Origin: Candidatus Collierbacteria bacterium
GTDB taxonomy: Bacteria > Patescibacteriota > Microgenomatia > UBA1400 > JACPES01
Reading direction: 5' to 3'
NCBI GenBank assembly: GCA_016183365.1
Contig: JACPES010000002.1
Location: 12,779-76,778 of the forward strand
DNA: 64,000 nt
Shown: positions 25,026 to 34,922 of the stretch, in pieces
Position numbering within the stretch: position 1 is the stretch's first letter
Layout: every line of letters starts with the position of its first letter
The notes under the pieces: generated by a model
Database searches by the model: none
Told to the model about the DNA's origin: nothing
The model's input: the letters and a program-made list of their open reading frames with translations, nothing else
Program-made: the position numbers and the translations under genes

Positions 25026-25772
25026 CTAGATTCCTTCCAAAGCGATCAGGTCGTGGTTATTTTGTTGGTACAGCTGATGGCCTTCACCCAGCGTGTGGTC
25101 AACAAACAACACGCCGTTGAGATGGTCGATTTCGTGTTGAAAGACGCGGGCCGATAAATCCGTCAAAGTAAAGTTTGACTTTACTTTACTTGAGATATCA
25201 GCTATTGAGGCGGAGTAAATGTCTGGATCGGTAAGGTCTTTTTCGGATAATACAACGGCCCGGGCGGTGATAGTCGGCCAGCGGAGCACCGGGCCGAAGT
25301 AACGGGGAATCGACAGGCAGCCCTCAAGAAACGGTTTCCCATCTTCGGTCAGCTCATCACCCAAGGTCTTTTCTAGGCTATGATCGGTGATTTCGGGGTT
25401 AAGATAGAAGTGGAGCTGGGGCCTGGCAGTTTTCGCTCGCTGGATTTTTCGGTTGGTGGCAGCTCCACTGCTTCGGCCTCGAACTTCACCCAGTGCGGCC
25501 CACTTTGCCGGAGCTCCAGCGAGGCGAGTCTGCCACGCGACCTCGGACGCGCTCGCTTTTAAGTTGAGGTCTTCTGGTAGCAGGGTGGCGAATACCCGCA
25601 GCGGTTTCCCGACTTGAATTGCCGATAATCCCACTCCTTGCGGGTCGTGCTGGCTCTTGAGGGTTTGGCCTAAATCGATCAGAAAATCGATAAATTCCGC
25701 GTCAATTTTTCCTACCGGTTCGCTTTTGCGCCGCAAAATTTCCGTCTCCTCCGGCACAGTCAAAATTCTCAT
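25026..25772 (-). CDS. def: peptide deformylase with a roughly 70-aa GC-rich in-frame insertion
   Basis: GVGLSAIQVG, EGCLSIP and QHEIDHLNG motifs are present. 248 aa against a typical length of about 170. The insertion maps to about 25370-25580. Confidence 0.8.
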   Translation of the reverse strand: MRILTVPEETEILRRKSEPVGKIDAEFIDFLIDLGQTLKSQHDPQGVGLSAIQVGKPLRVFATLLPEDLNLKASASEVAWQTRLAGAPAKWAALGEVRGRSSGAATNRKIQRAKTARPQLHFYLNPEITDHSLEKTLGDELTEDGKPFLEGCLSIPRYFGPVLRWPTITARAVVLSEKDLTDPDIYSASIADISSKVKSNFTLTDLSARVFQHEIDHLNGVLFVDHTLGEGHQLYQQNNHDLIALEGI

Positions 25773-25860
25773 AGACGAATTATATGCTAACAGCCTGTTT
25801 CAAGCCTATTTCTATCCTAGTGCAAAATATCAGATACTTTACACTTGAAGAGTCATAAAT

Positions 25861-28032
25861 TCAATATTCGGAATTCAGTATTTTTATCGCTTCCGCGTAA
25901 TCCGGTTTCAATTCCAAGGCTTGGCGGTAAAGATTTTCGGCCTTGGATTTATCGTTCAATTCTCCATACATCCGGCCTAATAAATAGTATCCCCGGGGGT
26001 CGGTGGGGGATAAATCAACGGCTTTTTGAGCCAGTTTCAAGGCTTCATCAGTCAGATTTGGATCAATCTCCTTCATCAAAAATTCCATCTGGGTTTGAGT
26101 CCTGATAAAAGTCAAATTATATTTTGATTGGGCGGAAACGACTTTAAAATTTTTTACGGCTTCATTTTTTATCTCAACGGCGCGGGTTTCATTGTTGTTG
26201 GCCCAAGCCGAAATTGCGGCTACAGCCAATGATTCTGCCAGTTCGTTACGGAAAACCGGTTCATTGGGGGCTAAATTAACCGCTTGAGAGAGTGGTTCTA
26301 AGGCTTCCGGAATATATCCGGCTGAATAATATTGTCGGCCGAGATTGTATTTAAGATCAGCCTGAAACCGATTAAATATTCCGGAAATTACCCCAAAAGT
26401 AATAATGGCTATGATTGTTAGTAAAAAATACTTCCACCATAGCAATTTTATAAAGGAGTCTCCTTTAAGGATCTTCCCTTCTGTCGTGAAGACAACTGTC
26501 AAGCTCATAAATAAATATCTATAAGTCTCGGTGGTAACTGTGGAGAAACCGAAAAAGTTGACGGTTTCAACCCCGAGCAGGGCCGCCAGAATTGCGACAA
26601 GAACGTCATTGCGAGGAGTCCCGCCTTTGGCGGGACGACGTGGCAATCCCGATGGGATCGCCACGCTTCGCCCGTCAGACTGGCTTGCTCGCGATGACCT
26701 AACTATCCAAACTCCAAACCATCCCAACAACAGTAAATGTGTCCCTAATCCAAACAATCCCGTATTCGCCGCCAAATTCAGCCATTCATTATGAGCCTTG
26801 TTATATAAAAAATTCCATTCCGAGGTTTGGTTTGCTTCTTTGTGCCGGACTTGCCAGTAGGTCAGGCCGAAAGTCTCCGGTCCGGTTCCAAAAATTGGAT
26901 TCCTCTTGGCAATTTCCCAAGCTCCGTTCCAAACTATGCGGCGGATATCTCCGGATTCGGTGCCGCCTAGCTCCGACTTGCGGAGATTAATTGCTAATTG
27001 TTGATTGCTAATTACTGATTGTTCAGATTGATTTTTTACCAGCTGAATTGTTTTGAAAAACCAATCTCTGGCGGGATTATTAGTGATGAAAACCAAAATC
27101 AAGATGATTGAATGAATAAAAACAAAGGATTTGAGATTTTTGCTTTTTGCTTTTTGTTTATTGTTTATTGCGAACACGGTGAGCCAAAACACAACATCCA
27201 TTACTGCAAAACCAAGAAGTCCCGAGCGGGATTTTGTGAAGAGGAGGGCAGTAAAAAAAACAAAAAACAAAAAACAAAAAACAATCATATTTTTATTACC
27301 GTTCTTTGCTTTTTGCTCTTTGCTTTTTGTCATGAGCATCCATGTAAGCGGGATGATCATGACGAGGAACCCCGCTAGCCAGTTCGGCTGTCCCTGGGTA
27401 GAAAAAACTCGGGTTGCGACGTCCTGAATCCAGAAATCGCGGTCAATCCCGAAATGTTGAAAGATGGCGTAAAGGCTGACGATAGTGGCGGAAGAGAGAA
27501 TAGCAAATATCGGAACACTCGGAATACTCCGAAAACCAGAAAAATCAGAGAATCGGAGATTCAGAGAGCCCGAAGCTCCGGTCTTCTGATTATCAGATTT
27601 TCTGACCTTTCGGCTCTCCGAGTTTTCCGAGTTTTCCGAAATATTCGCCACAAATGCGTAATACAGCACCGTATAGCTAATCGTGCTCACAAGCCCTCCG
27701 TTAAATCTTCCGTACCAGCCAAACCACGAAATATGATGATCTATACTATATATAGTACTGACAACCTGTGACAGTAAAAATAGCAGAATGGGAATATCCA
27801 GCGGGGTCCAGCGCAAAATAATCCGGCCCGCCAAAATCATTCTTATTGTCCAGACGGCTATTATCAGTGTAGTCATTAAATACACAAACAGCATTTTGGG
27901 AAATTCAAACACTTCGCTGCTTGGAATCCAAAAGATTAAGGGCAAAAAGAAAAATAAAGTTATAAACAGGGCGCGAATGGTTAGTTGCAGGGTTCTATCA
28001 AGCCGGATAAACATTAAGTTTGATTTTAGCAA
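25861..28032 (-). CDS. O-antigen ligase/Wzy-like polytopic membrane protein with C-terminal TPR repeats
   Basis: Many TM helices, a Wzy_C-like region (NGAWEIAKRNPIFGTGPETFG) and C-terminal TPR repeats (GYYLLGRMYGELNDKSKAENLYRQALELKP). It carries several inserted repeat elements. Confidence 0.55.
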   Translation of the reverse strand: MLKSNLMFIRLDRTLQLTIRALFITLFFFLPLIFWIPSSEVFEFPKMLFVYLMTTLIIAVWTIRMILAGRIILRWTPLDIPILLFLLSQVVSTIYSIDHHISWFGWYGRFNGGLVSTISYTVLYYAFVANISENSENSESRKVRKSDNQKTGASGSLNLRFSDFSGFRSIPSVPIFAILSSATIVSLYAIFQHFGIDRDFWIQDVATRVFSTQGQPNWLAGFLVMIIPLTWMLMTKSKEQKAKNGNKNMIVFCFLFFVFFTALLFTKSRSGLLGFAVMDVVFWLTVFAINNKQKAKSKNLKSFVFIHSIILILVFITNNPARDWFFKTIQLVKNQSEQSVISNQQLAINLRKSELGGTESGDIRRIVWNGAWEIAKRNPIFGTGPETFGLTYWQVRHKEANQTSEWNFLYNKAHNEWLNLAANTGLFGLGTHLLLLGWFGVWIVRSSRASQSDGRSVAIPSGLPRRPAKGGTPRNDVLVAILAALLGVETVNFFGFSTVTTETYRYLFMSLTVVFTTEGKILKGDSFIKLLWWKYFLLTIIAIITFGVISGIFNRFQADLKYNLGRQYYSAGYIPEALEPLSQAVNLAPNEPVFRNELAESLAVAAISAWANNNETRAVEIKNEAVKNFKVVSAQSKYNLTFIRTQTQMEFLMKEIDPNLTDEALKLAQKAVDLSPTDPRGYYLLGRMYGELNDKSKAENLYRQALELKPDYAEAIKILNSEY

Positions 28033-28102
28033 GTCTCCTCGAAGGATTGTAAAGTATCTGATAGTTTACAAGTTTACTAGTTGAAAAGATGGGTTTGAGG
28101 GG

Positions 28103-29173
28103 TTAAATCACTACATCATGGGGAAGGCTTTCTTTCCATCCGGCCGGAGTGACGCGGATAAATTGGGCGTTGGCCTGAAGTTCCCGAAGATTTTTGGCTC
28201 CGCAGTAGCTTAAGCCGGAGCGCAGCCCGCCCAGATAACGTTCTATCACTTTCTCTACCGGCCCGCGACAGGGGATCAGAGCTTCTACGCCTTCGACTCT
28301 TGACCATTGATCGGCTATACTTTTGCCGTTACTTCCGCCTAATTTAAGACGGTGATTGGTAGCTCCCATAGTGGAGGAACCGCGGAAATGCTTGTATTTC
28401 TGCCCATTCCGGATCACGATTCCCCCCGGGGTTTCGTCACAGCCGGCAAAAATATTTCCTCCCATGATAGCGGTGGCCCCCGCTGCCAATGCTTTGACGG
28501 CATCGCCGGGTTGTTTAATACCGCCATCAGCCACCAATCCGATTTTCCGGCGGCGGAATTTTGCAATTGCGGCGGCGGCAGATTGAATGGCAGTAAGCTG
28601 CGGAACTCCGGCTCCGGCAATAATTCTGGTGGTGCAAGCCGACCCGGGCCCAACTCCGACTTTGATGGCGTCAGCCCCGGCCGCAATCAAAAATTCGGCT
28701 CCGGCGGCGGTGGCAATATTACCGGCTAAGATAGGAATTTTAGGAAATCTCTTTTTGACGGTTGTGACGGCTGCGGCGACAAACAGTGAGTGGCCGTGAG
28801 CCGCGTCAACCACTATCAAATCGGCTCCGGCAGCGATCACAGCTTGAACTCGTTCTATTAATCCGTTGGAAATGCCTACGGCGGCGGCTACCGGCAAACG
28901 ACCAGGTTTAGCTGATTTTACCCGGGCGACTTCGGCGGCCTCATTTTCCGGGGACTGAAATTGATGAATGACCCCCATTCCTCCCAATTTGGCCAAGACT
29001 GTGGCCATTTGAAAACCAGTGACAGTATCCATATTAGCGGACAAAAATGGAGCCGGCAGTTGCAGGGCCGGGGTAATCCAGCCGGTGGTATCGGCTTCGG
29101 ATCGGGACCGCAAGGGTGTCAGTTTCGGCACCAGCAAAACATCGTCATATGATAAACCCAGGGGAATATCCAC
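28103..29173 (-). CDS. IMP dehydrogenase / GMP reductase family protein without CBS domains
   Basis: [17 protein letters not shown] ... SANMDTVTG ... [11 protein letters not shown] is TIM-barrel IMPDH-like. Confidence 0.7.
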   Translation of the reverse strand: MDIPLGLSYDDVLLVPKLTPLRSRSEADTTGWITPALQLPAPFLSANMDTVTGFQMATVLAKLGGMGVIHQFQSPENEAAEVARVKSAKPGRLPVAAAVGISNGLIERVQAVIAAGADLIVVDAAHGHSLFVAAAVTTVKKRFPKIPILAGNIATAAGAEFLIAAGADAIKVGVGPGSACTTRIIAGAGVPQLTAIQSAAAAIAKFRRRKIGLVADGGIKQPGDAVKALAAGATAIMGGNIFAGCDETPGGIVIRNGQKYKHFRGSSTMGATNHRLKLGGSNGKSIADQWSRVEGVEALIPCRGPVEKVIERYLGGLRSGLSYCGAKNLRELQANAQFIRVTPAGWKESLPHDVVI

Positions 29174-29291
29174 AAACAGAAAATATAGCGACTTATCACC
29201 CGGATGTCAACTAGAAGTTTGGTCAGAATGACTCCGGCCGGTTTCCGCGAATCTCAAACCCACAATATTAATGAAGTTTAATTAATTGAAT

Positions 29292-29327
29292 GTCAATACT
29301 TCATTGCTATAGCATTAAAGTATTGAC
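29292..29327. promoter_or_regulatory. third copy of the gtcaatact ... agtattgac palindrome, upstream of mreB
   Basis: gtcaatacttcattgctatagcattaaagtattgac. Confidence 0.4.
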
Positions 29328-29375
29328 AGTTATTGGTTTGTCCTTCTTGTCAATTTGTGTCAAGATAAATTTTAT

Positions 29376-29403
29376 GAATTCAATTATTTAAATAATTGAA
29401 GTA
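29376..29403. terminator. perfect palindrome ttcaattatttaaataattgaa just 3' of mreB; possible bidirectional terminator or binding site
   Basis: Identical palindromes at 34794-34817 and 53617-53640, each just 3' of a gene end. Confidence 0.4.
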
Positions 29404-29408
29404 TTTAT

Positions 29409-30464
29409 TTACCTCAACCCGCCAACTACCTTTACCCGGTTTAATAATTCCGGATTTTCCAGGACGACGGCGCAGCCGCGGACGACTGTTTCCATGGGAT
29501 TTTCCGCTAGCCACACCGGCATTTTTATCTGATCGGCTAGCAATTTTGTCAGCCCCTTGAGTTGCGATCCGCCCCCGGTCATAATTAAACCATGTTTAAT
29601 CAGGTCGCTAATTAATTCCGGCGGGGTTTCTTCAATGGTTTCGCTAACGGCGTAAACTATCTGATTGACAACTTGCGATAAGGCTTCCCTGACTTCATTG
29701 GAAGAAAATTTAACCGATTTTGGCAATCCGGTTTCCAGGTCGCGGCCGCGAGCGACGAAGACCAAATTCTTTTCTTCTTTGTCAATCGGAGCCGCAGAGC
29801 CTATCTTAATTTTCATTTCTTCAGCGGTATTTTCTCCGATAATGAGGCCATATTTTGATCGTGAAAAACCGACCAGTGAGTCGGTCATTTCTTCTCCGGC
29901 CACCCGTAAAGATTTATTAACGACTATTCCTCCTAAAGAAATAACAGCTATTTCAGTGGTGCCGCCGCCGATATCGACGATAATATGTCCGGAAGCTTCG
30001 GTTACCGGAATTTTGGATCCGATAGCCGAAGCCATAGGTTCTTCCACCAAAAAAGCCTCTCGGGCTCCGGCGCTTAAAGCGGCTTGCTGGACTGCCCGGC
30101 GTTCAACCTCGGTTACTCCGGACGGAATTCCGACCGCGACTCTGGGGCGGGGGATTTTAGGAAACCAAGACGAGCCGGTATGGATAACTTTTATCCAGTG
30201 TTTCAGCATGGCGGCGGTAGCGTCAAAATCAGCGATTACTCCGCCCCGGAGGGGTTTGATGGCTTCGATCGTCGCCGGAGTTTTTCCCAGCATTTTTTTG
30301 GCCTCTTCGCCGACAGCTAGGACAGCTTTGCCTTTTTTGGCCCGGGCGACCACCGAGGGCTGGCGAATGACGATCCCTTTGCCGCGGACATGGATCAAGG
30401 TGTTGGCGGTTCCCAAATCGATGCCGACGTCGTGGGTGATGAGACCTAATAACTTACTAATCAT
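29409..30464 (-). CDS. mreB: rod-shape-determining protein MreB
   Basis: IGIDLGTANTLIHVRGKGIV ... actin-like ATPase motifs. Confidence 0.9.
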   Translation of the reverse strand: MISKLLGLITHDVGIDLGTANTLIHVRGKGIVIRQPSVVARAKKGKAVLAVGEEAKKMLGKTPATIEAIKPLRGGVIADFDATAAMLKHWIKVIHTGSSWFPKIPRPRVAVGIPSGVTEVERRAVQQAALSAGAREAFLVEEPMASAIGSKIPVTEASGHIIVDIGGGTTEIAVISLGGIVVNKSLRVAGEEMTDSLVGFSRSKYGLIIGENTAEEMKIKIGSAAPIDKEEKNLVFVARGRDLETGLPKSVKFSSNEVREALSQVVNQIVYAVSETIEETPPELISDLIKHGLIMTGGGSQLKGLTKLLADQIKMPVWLAENPMETVVRGCAVVLENPELLNRVKVVGGLR

Positions 30465-30467
30465 AGT

Positions 30468-30622
30468 TACATTTAGATTTCTTGAAGATGGATGTCCTCG
30501 AGGTTCTTGAATTTGACGCCTTGATTTTTTGATTACTTGATCAATTAGTCAAATTATCAAGAATTCAAGATCAAGAATATCCACTTTCCATCTTCAAGAT
30601 ATCTAGTTTGAATTCTATCAAA
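30468..30622. mobile_element. MITE-like repeat, family A, copy 4
   Basis: tagatttcttgaagatgg ... cttgattttttgattacttgatcaat ... ccatcttcaagatatctag. Confidence 0.65.
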
Positions 30623-30654
30623 GATGATAGATTTATCCTACTAGCATTTTTGTC

Positions 30655-30812
30655 CTATTTATGTAATATTGTGAGATAGAGAATAATTTTCAATTCTCAA
30701 TTTACAATAAATTTACAATGAATCAATACTTAAATTTTCAAACGTTTGAAAATTAAAATATTGAAAATTCAATGAAAATTGTAAATTGTAAATTAATTCC
30801 AAACTGATATTA
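30655..30812. repeat. AT-rich palindromic repeat, family B, copy 2
   Basis: ttttcaattctcaatttacaat ... ttgaaaatt ... aaattgtaaattgtaaatt. Confidence 0.6.
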
Positions 30813-30818
30813 ATAAAG

Positions 30819-31469
30819 GTGAAAATCAAACCGACCCGGAACCAGATATGCATTGCCAAACTCATTTCCCGTGTATTTGATCCGGTATGGTTAATTCCAG
30901 GGATGTTGGCTACGGCCGCCGGTTGGAGTTTAATTAACGATTTAAGGTGGCGATTTATAGTTATATTACTTTTAATTGATGGGTTAATCCCTTTTATATA
31001 TTTTGTTCACCTTCTGTCAACGAAGGAGATTTCGGATTGGGATACTACTAAGCGAGAGCAAAGAGTCAAGCTATATGGGTTTACTTTGGTGGCTCACTCA
31101 ATCGGGGCCATTTTGGCGTTGTTATTGGGAAAGATCGTTCTGGCCAAAATTTTATTTTTATTTTTGATATTGGCAGCGGTTTTTACTTTGATAACTTTCA
31201 GGTGGAAGATTTCGATTCACACCGGAGTCTCGGCCGCGACGGTGATTTTTTTGACATTGATTTCTAGTTCACAATGGCTATGGTCATTTTTGATAGTGGC
31301 CTTAATAGCCTGGGCAAGAATTGTGATGAAAAAACATACTTTTTGGCAAGTTATAATCGGGGCCGGATTAGCCGCAGGAATTGTGGCGTTGGGATTTTAT
31401 TTATTGGAAATTAACTCTGAATCAGCTATAAATTCCAGCCGGATTTGCATATTGGGAAAATGGTGCTAA
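30819..31469 (+). CDS. hypothetical polytopic membrane protein
   Basis: 216 aa with about five TM helices. Confidence 0.4.
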   Translation: MKIKPTRNQICIAKLISRVFDPVWLIPGMLATAAGWSLINDLRWRFIVILLLIDGLIPFIYFVHLLSTKEISDWDTTKREQRVKLYGFTLVAHSIGAILALLLGKIVLAKILFLFLILAAVFTLITFRWKISIHTGVSAATVIFLTLISSSQWLWSFLIVALIAWARIVMKKHTFWQVIIGAGLAAGIVALGFYLLEINSESAINSSRICILGKWC

Positions 31470-31473
31470 TTCT

Positions 31474-32262
31474 ATGCAGTTATCAAAAATATTGTTTGTT
31501 TTCACCGTCGGCTTATTTGTTAGTTTAAGCCTAATGCTTTTTGATTCTTTTGGAAAACTATCCTGGTTAAGGGGGGGAATAGAAACTTTAGCCGGGCCGG
31601 AATTGAAAACAGCCCTCTTGATTTCCGGAAAGTACAATTCGTTGAGACAGGCTGTCCGGAGCGCCTTGGGAAAAAACCAAGAGTCTAAAAATATTCTGAA
31701 TAAATTGGCGGGATTAGAGGAGAACTCGCTTGAGATCGAAAAATTGCGCCAGGAAAATGAAAGTTTGCGGAAAATTTTGGGAGCGGAAAAAATATCCGGG
31801 CTAAAATTAGAGCCGGCGGAAATTTTATCTTTCAGCAGCCAATCTTTAATAGTTAAAAAAAGCTTGGTAATTCCGGGTCAGGCTGCGGTCAGCCCTGAAA
31901 TGGCCATTTTAGGAATTGCGGGAAATTCGGGGAAATGGAATTCCAGCGTTAAATTATTAACCGATCAATCGGTTAAAATTTCAGTTAAAATTTTATTGCC
32001 TGATCAGACTCCGGCAGTCGGAGAGGCCATCGGGGAATTCGGTGGCCGGATTGTTTTGGAAAAAGTATTGACTTCGGTGGAATTACAAGGGGGCCGGCCG
32101 GTGTTCACCAGCGGAACCGACGGATTGCCGCCCGACCTTTTAGTCGGTTGGGTCGGCGACGAGATTCGCAAGGCGGAATCGGCGGTTTATCAAAAAGCCT
32201 ATATTCAACCTGCTGTCGATTTTGCCGGCCTTAACACTATTTTTTTCATATCAAATGAATAA
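31474..32262 (+). CDS. mreC: rod-shape-determining protein MreC
   Basis: N-terminal TM helix, a coiled coil (LRQENESLRKIL) and a beta-rich C-terminus. Lies upstream of mreD and mrdA. Confidence 0.65.
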   Translation: MQLSKILFVFTVGLFVSLSLMLFDSFGKLSWLRGGIETLAGPELKTALLISGKYNSLRQAVRSALGKNQESKNILNKLAGLEENSLEIEKLRQENESLRKILGAEKISGLKLEPAEILSFSSQSLIVKKSLVIPGQAAVSPEMAILGIAGNSGKWNSSVKLLTDQSVKISVKILLPDQTPAVGEAIGEFGGRIVLEKVLTSVELQGGRPVFTSGTDGLPPDLLVGWVGDEIRKAESAVYQKAYIQPAVDFAGLNTIFFISNE

Positions 32263-32686
32263 TATTTTTTTGTTGGCGCTGACTTTTATAATCTCCGGGG
32301 CAGAACCATTTTTGGGATCATTTAGTCTGGCTGCCATTTGGGCGGCGGCGCTGGGAGTAAAAAAACAGGATATTCTCGGGGCATTGTTGACATTTATATT
32401 AGGTTTGGTTCGGGATATACTATTGATTAATAGATTGGGACAATCGTCAATTATTTTATTGGCAGTTTGGACTTTAGCCGGAATAATATCTTCCAAATTG
32501 TCAAAAAATTTATTTTCAGTTGCAGTCTCGGCCTTTGGTGGATATTTAATCTTAAGTTTAGTAGAAATAGGGACGATCAATATTTGGGGGACGTTAATTA
32601 CGGTTATAATATCAATATTAATTGTTGAAATTTGGACGCTGAAAGATTCCCGCGAATCGGGAATTAAAGTCAGATTGTCTTCATGA
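32222..32686 (+). CDS. mreD: rod-shape-determining protein MreD (putative)
   Basis: Small polytopic membrane protein between mreC and mrdA. Confidence 0.5.
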   Translation: MPALTLFFSYQMNNIFLLALTFIISGAEPFLGSFSLAAIWAAALGVKKQDILGALLTFILGLVRDILLINRLGQSSIILLAVWTLAGIISSKLSKNLFSVAVSAFGGYLILSLVEIGTINIWGTLITVIISILIVEIWTLKDSRESGIKVRLSS

Positions 32687-34446
32687 AGTTTGGACCGTTG
32701 GAATTATCAATCGCTGATAGAAAACAAAATTTTTTGCCGCTGGGAATAATGGTCGTAATTATGATGTCCGCAGTGGGTATAATTTTGGCCAGACTGACGG
32801 AATTGACGGTTTTTCGCGGAGGAGAATTAAGGCGCCGGGCGGACGAAAACAGGATTTTGGTTAGGGTGGTCCCGGCTCCCCGGGGAATAATTTTTGATAA
32901 AAATGGAAAGGCATTGACTCGGAATACTCCGGATGGCAGAGCCTATCCATTTGACCGGAATTTTTCTCACTTGACCGGATATATCGGCGAAGCTTCAGAG
33001 GAAGAAATTAAAAGCGATTCATCTCTAAACCCTGGTAATATTTTAGGAAAAACCGGATTGGAAAAGCAATACGATAAGGAGTTGCGCGGAATCGATGGAG
33101 CTGAATTGATTGAAGTGGATGCAAATGGCAATTTACTTGAGGTTTTAGAGGATCAATTACCACAGGCGGGAAAAGATATTTATACTTATTTAGATGTGGA
33201 TTTACAAGTTGCCATGACTGAAAATTTAGGGGGAAGAAAAGGGGCGGCTGTGGCAATTGATCCGGTGGATGGCTCAGTTTTGGGATTGGTTTCCAGTCCG
33301 TCGTATGACCCGAATATATTTCAGAAAACTCTGAATACAATCATTCCGGAAAACTCAGAAAACTCGGATGGCCGGAAAGTCGGAATGTCAGAAAATCAGA
33401 AAGTCGGACCCTCTGGTTCTCCGAGTTCTCCGAGTGTTCTGGACTTATTGAATGACACCGTCAATATGCCATTATTTAACCGCGCCATTTCCGGCGAATA
33501 TCCGCCGGGATCTATTTTTAAATTGGTGACGGCGGCAGCGGGATTGTCAGAAAATAAAATTAACCGCCAAACTTTAGTTAGGGATACCGGTGAGATCAGA
33601 GTCGGAGACTTTAGATTCGGCAATTGGTATTTTGATCAGTATGGAAAAACCGAAGGCGAAATCGGAGTGGTCAGGGCTTTAACCAGAAGCAACGATATTT
33701 TTTTCTATAAAGTCGGGGAATGGTTGGGGCCGGATCTATTAGCAGGATGGGCTAAAAAAATGAAACTGGGTAAAAAAACAGGTATTGATTTATCCGGAGA
33801 AGCCGATGGTTTGGTTCCTGACCCTAAATGGAGGGAAAAGGCTACAGGTGAAAGATGGTTCTTGGGAAATACTTATCATATGGCCATCGGTCAGGGTGAT
33901 GTTCAATTGACTCCATTGCAGGCGGCGGTGATGACCAGTACGGTGATTACCGGCAAACGCTGTACGCCGCGGATTAAACAATTAACAATCAGCAATCAGC
34001 AATCAGCAATTTCTTGTGAAGATACAGGAGTTTCTAAAAGTAACCGCAATTTAATTCTTGAAGGAATGGTGGGATCCTGCAGTCCGGGCGGGGTGACCTT
34101 TCCGTTTTTCCCTTGGAATCAATCCATTGAAGGTCAGACCTTCAATGAAGCCATACATCAATCAAACGGTATGAGCGGTTATCCGGCTGTGGCGTGTAAA
34201 ACTGGCACGGCCCAGCATGGTGGAAAACAGACTAAACCGCACGCGTGGATTGTAGTCGCTGCCCCAATTATTGAAAGCCAACCATCAGTAAAATCAGCAA
34301 TTAGCAATTCTTCTTATCAACTCGATTTAGACTCTCCCAAACGAATAATTTTAGTCGTTCTTGTCGAAGATGCCGGCGAGGGCTCCTACGAAGCCGCTCC
34401 TGTGGCCAAAAAGATTTTGGAAAAATGGTTTGAAACCAATAAATAA
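32683..34446 (+). CDS. mrdA: penicillin-binding protein 2 (peptidoglycan transpeptidase) with three in-frame repeat insertions
   Basis: AAVAIDPVDGSVLGLVSSPSYDPN ... SIFKLVTAAAGL (SxxK) ... KTGTAQ. Insertions at 33347-33440, 33978-34012 and 34126-34164. Confidence 0.85.
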   Translation: MKFGPLELSIADRKQNFLPLGIMVVIMMSAVGIILARLTELTVFRGGELRRRADENRILVRVVPAPRGIIFDKNGKALTRNTPDGRAYPFDRNFSHLTGYIGEASEEEIKSDSSLNPGNILGKTGLEKQYDKELRGIDGAELIEVDANGNLLEVLEDQLPQAGKDIYTYLDVDLQVAMTENLGGRKGAAVAIDPVDGSVLGLVSSPSYDPNIFQKTLNTIIPENSENSDGRKVGMSENQKVGPSGSPSSPSVLDLLNDTVNMPLFNRAISGEYPPGSIFKLVTAAAGLSENKINRQTLVRDTGEIRVGDFRFGNWYFDQYGKTEGEIGVVRALTRSNDIFFYKVGEWLGPDLLAGWAKKMKLGKKTGIDLSGEADGLVPDPKWREKATGERWFLGNTYHMAIGQGDVQLTPLQAAVMTSTVITGKRCTPRIKQLTISNQQSAISCEDTGVSKSNRNLILEGMVGSCSPGGVTFPFFPWNQSIEGQTFNEAIHQSNGMSGYPAVACKTGTAQHGGKQTKPHAWIVVAAPIIESQPSVKSAISNSSYQLDLDSPKRIILVVLVEDAGEGSYEAAPVAKKILEKWFETNK

Positions 34447-34484
34447 TCGTGTTAAACTATCATAATTAATATTACAACAGCAGT

Positions 34485-34682
34485 ATGTCAGAAGCCGAAA
34501 ATTTTAATGTCGAAGCCAATAGGTTAAACTTTCTGAAAGAGTTAAGAGAGAGAGTTGATAGCGCTCTTGCTAATCGAAAGAAGACAAAATTTGTTTCTGG
34601 TGGAAGAACAGATATCGGTTCAGCATCCAAATCCGGTCAGCTCAGGTTCCACAAAAATAATTATCCCCTTCGCGACCACTAA
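34485..34682 (+). CDS. small hypothetical protein
   Basis: 65-aa ORF. Confidence 0.2.
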   Translation: MSEAENFNVEANRLNFLKELRERVDSALANRKKTKFVSGGRTDIGSASKSGQLRFHKNNYPLRDH

Positions 34683-34922
34683 CCAGAATAGCGAAATCCG
34701 CGTTTCCACCGAGAACTATATAGATTCCGAGTAATCGCTGTAAATCTTAGAAGAAAATAGGGGAAGCCATTGCCTTCTGGCGGAAAAGCTTTACTTCAAT
34801 TATTTAAATAATTGAAGTGTTTTTCTGGAAGTGCCAACGTCCCGACTTCTCCAATTAACTCTGATCTTAAGATGACTCTCTTGGTGATGCCTTCCTAGGC
34901 GAAGCGATATGATCTGGTAATT

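Noticed and set aside
28116-29231. Multiple small ORFs antisense to the IMPDH-like gene
   Set aside because: All lie within or opposite a strongly supported gene and encode Gly/Pro/Arg-rich artefact proteins.
29665-30510. 281-aa ORF 29665-30510(+) and 30084-30320(+)
   Set aside because: They lie antisense to mreB, which has unambiguous actin-like motifs.
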